DNA of 64,000 bases from IMG/VR virus record IMGVR_UViG_3300030333_002703, positions 1-64,000 of that record; one strand, 5' to 3'. The notes under the pieces were generated by a model. That model was not told where the DNA came from. It was given only the letters and a program-made list of their open reading frames with translations, and ran no database searches. A program made the position numbers and the translations under genes. Each line of letters starts with the position of its first letter. Within the stretch, counting starts at the first letter, position 1. The DNA comes from a virus. Positions 9,073-17,238 of the stretch are shown here, piece after piece.

Positions 9073-9147
9073 TGTATCAATAATAATCTGTATCATATGG
9101 ATAGATATTCTTCTGATATTATATCAGGATGATACATGATATTATCA
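9073..9147. promoter_or_regulatory. AT-rich array of TGATA/TATCA half-sites with two palindromes (putative operator or origin element)
   Basis: TGTATCA 9073 and 9089, CTGATA-TTA-TATCAG 9113-9127, TGATACA 9130, TGATA-T-TATCA 9137-9147. Confidence 0.45.
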
Positions 9148-9210
9148 ATACTGCCCAATGGAACAGTTTAATGGGCGAACACGCACCCGCTATATTGGGG
9201 AGAGACCCTT

Positions 9211-9807
9211 ATGATTGACAGCGGCGGAAGCGGAAGAAACAACGATGACATATTGAGAATCATGGGATTCATTGGATTTGTATCTGTTTTGGTAGGGGCG
9301 GCGGTAGCCGTTTTTGATACTAAAATGTGGTTACACAGTGATGATGCATATTCCAATGCAATGACATATGCAATGGGAGCATTTACCCTACAAGGAATGT
9401 CATTTTTCCTATACAAATTACTATTGCAGGACCAAATGGATGACAAAGCCAGTTGGACACGCACACAAAGAATGCGTGACCGCCGCCTTCAAGATATGCA
9501 ATCTCAATTCGCAAACGCGCAATTGGAACAAGAATTGAAAGTGCGTCAAATGACATTGGAACGTCAATTGGCATTGATGGAACAGAACCCAGAAGCGTAT
9601 ATGCAAATGATGGGCGGTACAAGTTTGGGCATTTTGGATGACCAATTTAGACCTGTAACACCATTCTCTGATGGTGGAACTGACGACTTCAATCCCCCGC
9701 CAACACATAAGCAAAAAACTGACCAACCAATTACATTGGGCGTAGATTACGGTAAAGATGAGGAAGAGGAACCCAAAAAAGACACCAAAAAGAAAGGTGA
9801 CAAGTAA
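9211..9807 (+). CDS. Membrane protein (2 TM + coiled coil)
   Basis: Two hydrophobic helices, then a Q/E/L-rich coiled coil and a charged tail. Confidence 0.75.
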   Translation: MIDSGGSGRNNDDILRIMGFIGFVSVLVGAAVAVFDTKMWLHSDDAYSNAMTYAMGAFTLQGMSFFLYKLLLQDQMDDKASWTRTQRMRDRRLQDMQSQFANAQLEQELKVRQMTLERQLALMEQNPEAYMQMMGGTSLGILDDQFRPVTPFSDGGTDDFNPPPTHKQKTDQPITLGVDYGKDEEEEPKKDTKKKGDK

Positions 9808-10043
9808 TGGGATGGATTTTCAGAACTCCAAGTGATGACGCAGTTGAAGGCACATTGCGTCAATTACACATGGCAAATCAAGTTGACCGTGTGTATGAGC
9901 GAACTTGGGGTTGGCTGAAAGCATTGGTATGTTCTCTTATTGCCATGATGGTCACATCTGGATTTGAATACTATACGGCTGAAAGTATTTACCATGAATC
10001 ATTGGTATGGTTGTATGATAAAATTGTAGGATTATTCGATTAG
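9807..10043 (+). CDS. Small membrane protein
   Basis: TAATG overlap; hydrophobic segment WGWLKALVCSLIAMMVTSGF. Confidence 0.7.
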   Translation: MGWIFRTPSDDAVEGTLRQLHMANQVDRVYERTWGWLKALVCSLIAMMVTSGFEYYTAESIYHESLVWLYDKIVGLFD

Positions 10044-10054
10044 GTGGTTATGTT

Positions 10055-10780
10055 GTGGTTGGCGCAGGTGGAACGGTACTCGTGGGTGCTGCCCTTTGGG
10101 GTAAGGAAATCTACGATTACTGGAAGCCCCGTCGTATTGGCGTATATGGCCCTCCGCAAGTTGGCAAAACGACACTCGACAGATACATGACGACACCCGG
10201 AGAAATGGAGGATATAGGAGATGACCAACGAACACGCCATTTCAAACGATTATTTGGTGACGGATATGTATTGCCGCACCCCACTCGAAAACGTATCCGA
10301 TACGATGGAAGCAAACGTGTCGTTCATTCCGCAGACCTTGGCGGCGACCAAAAGTTCTGGAGTTTGTGGATTGACGATATGGTGGATAGACAAGTCGAAG
10401 GTGTCATCTATATGTTCGATGACCGAGCCAAACAAGGTGGGTCAGGTGCAGTTGACGCAGTTGCCGGATTTGAGTTCCTCGTGGATGCAATCATCAATCG
10501 ACGTTACCGATACCGTCGTTGGAAAACTCGTTGGAAAGGCAAACGGTACACACCCGCATACATACAATTGGTCGCCAACAAAGCAGATAGATGGTGGGAT
10601 GAGCAAGCCAGTGTATTGTGGCAACAACAACGATTGCGTGAACACAAGATATTTGATGCATTCAGACCTGCCATGATTAAATTACAAAAAGCCGGAGTAG
10701 TATGTAGAGTATCAATGATGGCAACCAGAATAGGATGGAATGTAGAACACACTTTGATTAAGATGTTAGCCCAAGAATGA
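10055..10780 (+). CDS. Arf/Sar-like small GTPase (Ras superfamily P-loop)
   Basis: G1 GPPQVGKTT, G3 DLGG followed by ..FWSLW, GVIYMFDD strand, G4 ANKAD, G5-like MATRIG.NV. Confidence 0.8.
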   Translation: MVGAGGTVLVGAALWGKEIYDYWKPRRIGVYGPPQVGKTTLDRYMTTPGEMEDIGDDQRTRHFKRLFGDGYVLPHPTRKRIRYDGSKRVVHSADLGGDQKFWSLWIDDMVDRQVEGVIYMFDDRAKQGGSGAVDAVAGFEFLVDAIINRRYRYRRWKTRWKGKRYTPAYIQLVANKADRWWDEQASVLWQQQRLREHKIFDAFRPAMIKLQKAGVVCRVSMMATRIGWNVEHTLIKMLAQE

Positions 10781-10789
10781 TGTGATAAA

Positions 10790-11770
10790 ATGTTTAGTCG
10801 AAAACCGCAATATCAAACCCCGTTGGCAATGAGTACCCAAGCAGAACTTGTTCGTTTGGCTGCTGAAACCAATATGAACACACAGCAATTACAACAAACT
10901 GCACAAGTTCAAGGTGCGATGCAATATGCTGCAGAGCAACAACAGCATATCGAAATACCCAAAGTCAACTTCTTTCCGAGCCAGCATCCAAATCCACGCA
11001 AGCGTCGGCGTCAAGATATCAAACAAGCATACCGATTACTCAAACCAATGAAGCGTCGTTGGTGGTCTCCACGACGTTGGCTATGGGGTGGTAAATACCG
11101 CTATGCGAAAAATACGGCACAATGTGTTGTAGATGGTTGCGATGTGGATAAACTGCTACGAACTGTTGGTAATGTGTACAATGATATTTATGATGAAGAT
11201 ACAGGAAAATCATTGTGGGAGATGTATTTCATGGACCCAGTCACAGAGCAACCACGTGCATTTTTGGCACGTGAAGGTGTAACAAGTGGGCGCACATTGA
11301 CTGGAACATATTGCCCAGAACATTTGCATTTGTATCATTTGTTATGCAAATGGGAAGCCGAAGAAGAACAAGAAAAAGAAGCACGGACTGGCACGTTGAA
11401 AGACAAATTGAAGCGTGGTGTATCCACCGTATCTGTTCCAATTTCAGTCGTGAAAAAGAAAGACAACACACCGGAACAATTGCTGAAGTATGAAGAGTTC
11501 TTCCGAATGTGTCGTGCAGATGGTATCCCTATCGCTCATTTCAAAAACAAAGAAACAGGATTGAATGATATTACAGTTATCACATTCGACGCACGGCAAT
11601 ATAGGCCCACAGGCGACCATAGCCCATTGCTATCAGTAGGAACTGAACCAAGTATTATGCAACAATTGGCTCAAGCCCCCGCAGGTAGCGGTTTGCAGGT
11701 CTTATTAAACGAGGCGCAACAACAAGAAGCGCAATTTGATGCGCCGGAGGTTCCTACACAAGTGTCATGA
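10790..11770 (+). CDS. Hypothetical protein with probable Zn-binding Cys/His motif
   Basis: CVVDGC ... YCPEH; Q-rich termini. Confidence 0.75.
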   Translation: MFSRKPQYQTPLAMSTQAELVRLAAETNMNTQQLQQTAQVQGAMQYAAEQQQHIEIPKVNFFPSQHPNPRKRRRQDIKQAYRLLKPMKRRWWSPRRWLWGGKYRYAKNTAQCVVDGCDVDKLLRTVGNVYNDIYDEDTGKSLWEMYFMDPVTEQPRAFLAREGVTSGRTLTGTYCPEHLHLYHLLCKWEAEEEQEKEARTGTLKDKLKRGVSTVSVPISVVKKKDNTPEQLLKYEEFFRMCRADGIPIAHFKNKETGLNDITVITFDARQYRPTGDHSPLLSVGTEPSIMQQLAQAPAGSGLQVLLNEAQQQEAQFDAPEVPTQVS

Positions 11771-11790
11771 ACTAATGATGCATCCGAGGA

Positions 11791-12444
11791 GTGAGTAACA
11801 TGGTATGGCCGTTCAGTAATAATCAGCAGCAACAAACCAATGGGGCGTTGTCTTTGGGGAGAACAGACCACCCCCAATTCAATACACAACAACAAGCACA
11901 AGCACCAGTATGGGGTGCAGGTCCAGCAGCAGGACAACAACAACCAAATCCATTTTTGGTCGGTTTGGCAGGGCAAAATGCAGCAAACTATGCAGCGCAA
12001 CCTATCGCACCACCATCTGAAATGGAAATCTTGGCAATGTTGTTGCACCATCAGACACCTGTAGACCGATTTTTGTCTGGTCCGAATCTAAATCTATTGG
12101 TTAGCATTATTGCGAATATCGTCAATTTATCATTGGTGGAATTTTTTCGCAATGTCAAGTTCACTGAAGATGACGATGGAAAGTTAGTCGTTGATGTGGC
12201 AGCATTACCAACACAATATCAAACATTGTCTGCAGAAAATGTGACAGCGGATTTGAACTCTCTACAAGCATCGTGCAATCAAGCAGTTCAAAAATCATTG
12301 ACTGACCAACAACAAGTATTGCAGATGGCACAAACTTCAATGATGCAAGGGGCATTAGACGCCGCATTAGCCGACCCCGGATTCCTAGAAAAGATTGGAG
12401 GCGCAGTTGGCGCAACGGCTCGCGGATTAACAGGGATGAGATGA
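11791..12444 (+). CDS. Gln-rich hypothetical protein
   Basis: 217-aa ORF in operon; Q-rich N-terminus, C-terminal glycine-rich amphipathic segment. Confidence 0.75.
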   Translation: MSNMVWPFSNNQQQQTNGALSLGRTDHPQFNTQQQAQAPVWGAGPAAGQQQPNPFLVGLAGQNAANYAAQPIAPPSEMEILAMLLHHQTPVDRFLSGPNLNLLVSIIANIVNLSLVEFFRNVKFTEDDDGKLVVDVAALPTQYQTLSAENVTADLNSLQASCNQAVQKSLTDQQQVLQMAQTSMMQGALDAALADPGFLEKIGGAVGATARGLTGMR

Positions 12445-12707
12445 ATATGATACCACAACAAGGACCGAAAGCAGCCGGTGGACTCACCGGGTCTGTAGCA
12501 CATGGCTGGAAAGTAATGCATGACACACCACACGATGTAATGATTGACCTAATTATGGTTCAAGTCATATCATTGCTTTTGGGCGCATTCATTTTATTGG
12601 CAACGCAAGGACACAAAATGAAATCCAACGAACTTACATGGGTCGTTGCCATCGTGATGGTGTTCTTCACATTGACCGGAATGGTATATCGTCGGTTATC
12701 GCGTTAG
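12441..12707 (+). CDS. Small 2-TM membrane protein (holin-like topology)
   Basis: Two hydrophobic helices and a basic C-terminus (YRRLSR). Confidence 0.7.
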   Translation: MNMIPQQGPKAAGGLTGSVAHGWKVMHDTPHDVMIDLIMVQVISLLLGAFILLATQGHKMKSNELTWVVAIVMVFFTLTGMVYRRLSR

Positions 12708-12961
12708 CGCTTCCATTTGTTTAATGGGCAACTGGCCGACGGTAAGCCCACTTTTTGGCGCATGAAGCATCCACACGCATTGCATCGCTTTCCATCGAAT
12801 GCTTCACATCCTTGGCACGTTTGCATTCTTTCGACTGCAATTTCGGCAGGAACAGACCGCCCCAGTACTTTGTCAATAGCGGCTCCTGTGAGTCCTTTCA
12901 ACGTATCCATATTGACAGGAACGCCCGCAATACGAGGAGATGCACGTGGTAATCTGCCCAT
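12704..12961 (-). CDS. Small Cys-rich protein (DUF6171-like, putative metal/Fe-S binding)
   Basis: R..TCQGC....RCNACGCF...K......CPLNKW pattern common in aquatic viruses; start inferred. Confidence 0.7.
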   Translation of the reverse strand: MGRLPRASPRIAGVPVNMDTLKGLTGAAIDKVLGRSVPAEIAVERMQTCQGCEAFDGKRCNACGCFMRQKVGLPSASCPLNKWKR

Positions 12962-13008
12962 ATTACGCACAGGAAGGTTCAATTCATGAATCTATCTACG
13001 ACCATTTG

Positions 13009-13716
13009 ATGGCGGAGCGTATCACTCGAAAATCTTGCCCGTTTTGCGTCTGCGATGAACGTGATGCATTGGAAGAAGATTTGCTAAATGGCGTTATGAC
13101 ACCAAAGCAATTGGACAAAAAAATGGGGTGGCGAGAAGGTACATCAGACCGCCATTTTAGAAACCACATGGGTGAATATCATATGGGGTCTAATTCTGAA
13201 TGTCCGGTATGTACATCTGACCAACGACAAGAACTGGAGTTCCGATATTGTAACGAAGGTTTGCCATCTCCTGAAATTGCAGAAATGTTGGGTTGTGCAG
13301 AATCAACAGTGTATCATCACATGAAGCACCATCTCAAACCCATTGTCAAAGCATCTGCCGCACCAATTATTGCATTGGCCGCAGGTGAAGAGATTGAACA
13401 ATTGCGTAAAAACGCGGAACGTATCAATGGTGAATTGGCATTGATGTTGGATGACGCTGACCGCAATGACCCACAATATGTTCGCAATCTGACAGGTCTT
13501 AGTAAAGAAGTTCGTGAAACTGTGAAAGATATTTTGAAGATTCAAGAACGTGCTGGTGTTGCTGGTGCTGAAGCCACAATGAAAGCAGATACGATTAACA
13601 TTCTAAAGATTGAACTGGCGAAAGAATCACCAGATGTATGGCGTCGTGTGCGCCAAACCCTCATGAACACCGAAGAAGGTGATGAGGTTGTAGATGTGGA
13701 GGTGAATGAAGAATGA
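13009..13716 (+). CDS. Duplicated Zn-finger/HTH DNA-binding protein with coiled coil; candidate terminase small subunit
   Basis: Two repeats CPxC..R..LE..HTH..HxxxH followed by helices; upstream of TerL; start at MAERITRK inferred. Confidence 0.55.
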   Translation: MAERITRKSCPFCVCDERDALEEDLLNGVMTPKQLDKKMGWREGTSDRHFRNHMGEYHMGSNSECPVCTSDQRQELEFRYCNEGLPSPEIAEMLGCAESTVYHHMKHHLKPIVKASAAPIIALAAGEEIEQLRKNAERINGELALMLDDADRNDPQYVRNLTGLSKEVRETVKDILKIQERAGVAGAEATMKADTINILKIELAKESPDVWRRVRQTLMNTEEGDEVVDVEVNEE

Positions 13717-14144
13717 AACAAAACTTTGTAGGTATTCCGGTATCGGAATTGATGTGTGTGGACTTACCCACAGCATATGTATTGACAGAAGAAGGACCAT
13801 TGCATGAAAATGAATTGGATGTATTTTTCAATACATTGCAGGTAAGTGTAGGTGTATGGGCTGATTTCTTGACCCGTATTACAGATAGTCCTGAAAATTG
13901 GGCGAAGCCTCGCCATGAGTTTGTAGATATGTTACAAGAAAAAATGTATCAGGTATTCCAAGAAGATGACCCGATGTTAGCGTGGCCGTTGCGTCAAAAA
14001 TTAGCGCTAATGGTTGACCAATTTGATGAAATGGCTGATGAAATGGCGCGACCATTCACAGGTCCACATACAATTCGGGACTTTTACCACAATCTAGCCA
14101 GTCGAGTACGAGCAACATTTGAGGAAATAATGAACGGTGAGTAA
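13713..14144 (+). CDS. Hypothetical protein
   Basis: 143-aa ORF with ATGA overlap and GGAGGTG RBS. Confidence 0.75.
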   Translation: MKQNFVGIPVSELMCVDLPTAYVLTEEGPLHENELDVFFNTLQVSVGVWADFLTRITDSPENWAKPRHEFVDMLQEKMYQVFQEDDPMLAWPLRQKLALMVDQFDEMADEMARPFTGPHTIRDFYHNLASRVRATFEEIMNGE

Positions 14145-14856
14145 TATGAATCCAATGGAGGTCGCTTGGTTGGTGTTAAAAGCCCCGTTGGAAGGGTATG
14201 ACTCAAACCTCACTGATGAGGAGAATACTGCTCGTCGCCAACCTCAACAACCTACCATTACTGATTTCACCAGATACACTAGACCTCAATTAGAACAAAT
14301 GGTTGTCATGTTCCAAAATGAATTGATGCGTCGTGGACACGCATCTCTTTCATCTGAAATATCAATTCCAAATATGGACAGATATATGAGTGGTGAAGGA
14401 GGGTATCAACGAGAAGAACTTGATGCCGCACCTACAATACCAACTGATGAACTAGGCGAAGCGATTCTGACAGAAATGACGCCTGAAGAACACGCACAAG
14501 AGATACAGAGATTAATGACGCAATTGATGAGTGGGGAAACATTGTCACCTGAAGAATTACTATTTTTACAACAAGATGGCCCAGAAACACAACAACAAGC
14601 ACGTGACGCTATTTGGAGTAATTATGATGCAGTTGAATCAACTACACCAACAGCAACAGTTCGCGCAGGACTACCGGCAACTACACCAACAGCAACAGAT
14701 ATCCCTACTGATGATGCGGTACGGCAGATACTCAATAGTCATGGTATCGAACATCATCTAATTGAACCTCACCACATAAGGCAATATCAAGGATTTTATC
14801 GAATGATGAGGCGGCATCCAACAGAAGAAGAAATAGATGCACACATAGGTGATTAA
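14137..14856 (+). CDS. Tagged protein with PIP-box-like motif
   Basis: MNPMEVAWLVLK|A; QPTITDF at 14248-14268. Confidence 0.75.
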   Translation: MSNMNPMEVAWLVLKAPLEGYDSNLTDEENTARRQPQQPTITDFTRYTRPQLEQMVVMFQNELMRRGHASLSSEISIPNMDRYMSGEGGYQREELDAAPTIPTDELGEAILTEMTPEEHAQEIQRLMTQLMSGETLSPEELLFLQQDGPETQQQARDAIWSNYDAVESTTPTATVRAGLPATTPTATDIPTDDAVRQILNSHGIEHHLIEPHHIRQYQGFYRMMRRHPTEEEIDAHIGD

Positions 14857-15868
14857 CATGAATCCACTAGAAATTGCATGGGTGATGTTGAAAAATGACC
14901 GTGGTGATGTATTGGAACGTGTTCTTAATTTAATTGAAAGTCCTGCAAATCGAGATATATCGGATGAAGAATTGGCATCAGAATGGGAAAGATTATTGCT
15001 AGGAGTTGGACAGGCTTACAATGTATCACCACATGATGTTGACCGTACATTAGGAACTCATTTTATCACAGATGAAGGTTCGGAACCTGACCATGAATTG
15101 GGTCATACTGAATTGGATAGTTTGAAACCACAATTAGAAGAATTACTGCATGATATGTTAGATACTGGATTGCATTTCAATGCACCACAACGGCGCGGCG
15201 CGGTTACGACGAGCGCCCCCGCGTACCAAAACCCGCCGACGGCGACGGCGAGGCCAGCGGAACGACCCGAGCACGACCTCGGCAATCCAGCAGCCAACGC
15301 CGCCGTCGCGCGAGACCGTGGATTACCATATGATGAGTATGACCCCGGATGGATGCCCCCTATATGTGAAGAGTGTGACGACGCTGATGATACAATGTAT
15401 GGAGGTCGTGACCCAGATACGGGCGAACCATTGTATGTATGCGCTTACTCGGGTCACGACGACTACAATTACGAGCATTTGTACGATGATTACGGATATT
15501 TGTGGATGGATGGTGAAGGTTATTTGACTACACCATTGACACCGCCAGACCCTGCAGAGTATGATTCTCATGATAATTCAGAACGCGGCGACCCTCGACC
15601 AATGACAAATCGTGCCGCCCTCCGCGCGCTCGGTGTCCGTCCGGCTCCCGGTGAGGAAATCCGCCCCGATGCCCGACAAACTGTACCGGGTCTACCTATA
15701 CCATTGACGGCAGCAAGTCAAGGTGAAGGTCGTGTAGGTCCTGATGTCATGGATGAACGTGAGTTAATGCGTTATGAAGCACCACAATTGCGAGAAATGA
15801 TTCGACGTATTGGTGAAGAATTGACACGGCGTGGTTATGGTGATAGATACCAAGGGGTGACTGAATGA
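14849..15868 (+). CDS. Tagged mosaic protein with Zn-ribbon-like motif and GC-rich inserts
   Basis: MNPLEIAWVMLK; CEEC...C..GH; shares RY..PQL..M...EL.RRG module with the upstream gene. Confidence 0.75.
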   Translation: MINMNPLEIAWVMLKNDRGDVLERVLNLIESPANRDISDEELASEWERLLLGVGQAYNVSPHDVDRTLGTHFITDEGSEPDHELGHTELDSLKPQLEELLHDMLDTGLHFNAPQRRGAVTTSAPAYQNPPTATARPAERPEHDLGNPAANAAVARDRGLPYDEYDPGWMPPICEECDDADDTMYGGRDPDTGEPLYVCAYSGHDDYNYEHLYDDYGYLWMDGEGYLTTPLTPPDPAEYDSHDNSERGDPRPMTNRAALRALGVRPAPGEEIRPDARQTVPGLPIPLTAASQGEGRVGPDVMDERELMRYEAPQLREMIRRIGEELTRRGYGDRYQGVTE

Positions 15869-17238
15869 CACAAACAACTGGTAGCGATACCCGAATGTAC
15901 AATCCTCGGTCAGAATCCGAGGAGTTCATGTATGCAGATGACAAAGAAGTCTTTGGTGAAGGCGACCCCGAACATCGTGATTTGGAAGCCCAGAAAAAGA
16001 AAGAAGAGCGGGAAGAGCGGGAACGCAAATGGGCAGGTCTGCACCATTTGAAAATCAAAACTGCGAAACCGGCAATGGAAGAACCATTTGCTGAATCTAC
16101 ACCAATGGAACAACAAGGTGAATTATCTGATTTGACCGGCCCATCGGGTAGTATGGGTGAAAATCTAGATGTAGCCACAGGCGCACGAACTGGCACAGGT
16201 TCTGCATTGGGTGAAATGCCACCTCAATTACCGGCTATGGGTATTTTCGGTCAAACCAAATCTGAACCAATGGAATCCGCATGGGATGATTTGATTATCA
16301 AGGTCTTAGGCGACCCCGTTGGGACATCGACATTGGAATCTGCTGACCGTGCTATGCGAAGTGGCATTGGACCCGGTGGAGCCAAAGGGCGTAAAGGCCA
16401 TCGTGTGAAACCATTCCCACGCCCAATTGGTGGTCGTTCACCTTGGGCGGCATCGAAACGACGTGCTTCTGTTCATCAGCGTTTATTCGGAAATATCAAA
16501 GGGCGTGGCGGAAAGAGTATTCGTTCCAAATCTAAAACAGGTATGATGCGCCAACCGTATGCATTGAGTCCTCACCATTTGGGTGTTGGTGTAATGTGGG
16601 GTAAGCCACGCCCGGGTCGTTTGGAAGACCCCGGTTCATACATTTCGTGGCTGGGTCGTCAATCTGCATATCGTGGTGCAGGTGGTTCTGGTGTCATGTT
16701 ACCATATACACCTCACGCCCCACGTGAAAGATTGGGGCAACTTGGATTCCCCGGCGCACAAGGTTCTGGTCGTCAGCGAATGTTACCCGGTGCATCTCAA
16801 TTGGCGCGAGAAGGTCCACGTCGTGCAACACGTGGCCCACCACGACCAAAAGGAATGGGTCGCGGTATTCCTTCACCATTGTCGCCACGACCAATGGCAT
16901 CTCCATTAATGGCGAAATCTGAATTGGAAGAATTGGTAGAAGTATCGAAAGCATATGTTCGTCAATTGGGGCCGGGTTTGAGCCACATAGATATGGGCGA
17001 CTTCCGCGAATTATTACGTGAACTCAAACACCTACTTGCCAAATTACCTCGTAAAAGTTTGATGGGTATTGCAGGTGGTGGTAGTCGTAGTGAAGGTCAA
17101 GTTAATGCTCCTGCAAATGGCCCGCAAAAAACTTCACGTAATGAAGGGGCGACAGAAACTGACCCTGAAGATGACCCACGATATTGGGGCGCAGACCCAT
17201 CACAATTGACACGACGTGGCGGTGTACACCATGCATGA
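15865..17238 (+). CDS. Protein with acidic N-terminus, tag and very basic Arg/Gly/Pro-rich core (putative internal head protein)
   Basis: KSEPMESAWDDLIIK then a R/K/G/P-rich segment ending MAK|SE. Confidence 0.7.
   Translation: MTQTTGSDTRMYNPRSESEEFMYADDKEVFGEGDPEHRDLEAQKKKEEREERERKWAGLHHLKIKTAKPAMEEPFAESTPMEQQGELSDLTGPSGSMGENLDVATGARTGTGSALGEMPPQLPAMGIFGQTKSEPMESAWDDLIIKVLGDPVGTSTLESADRAMRSGIGPGGAKGRKGHRVKPFPRPIGGRSPWAASKRRASVHQRLFGNIKGRGGKSIRSKSKTGMMRQPYALSPHHLGVGVMWGKPRPGRLEDPGSYISWLGRQSAYRGAGGSGVMLPYTPHAPRERLGQLGFPGAQGSGRQRMLPGASQLAREGPRRATRGPPRPKGMGRGIPSPLSPRPMASPLMAKSELEELVEVSKAYVRQLGPGLSHIDMGDFRELLRELKHLLAKLPRKSLMGIAGGGSRSEGQVNAPANGPQKTSRNEGATETDPEDDPRYWGADPSQLTRRGGVHHA

Noticed and set aside
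8848-9096. 82-aa minus-strand ORF
   Set aside because: Overlaps the 8238 gene and has no recognisable features or clear RBS
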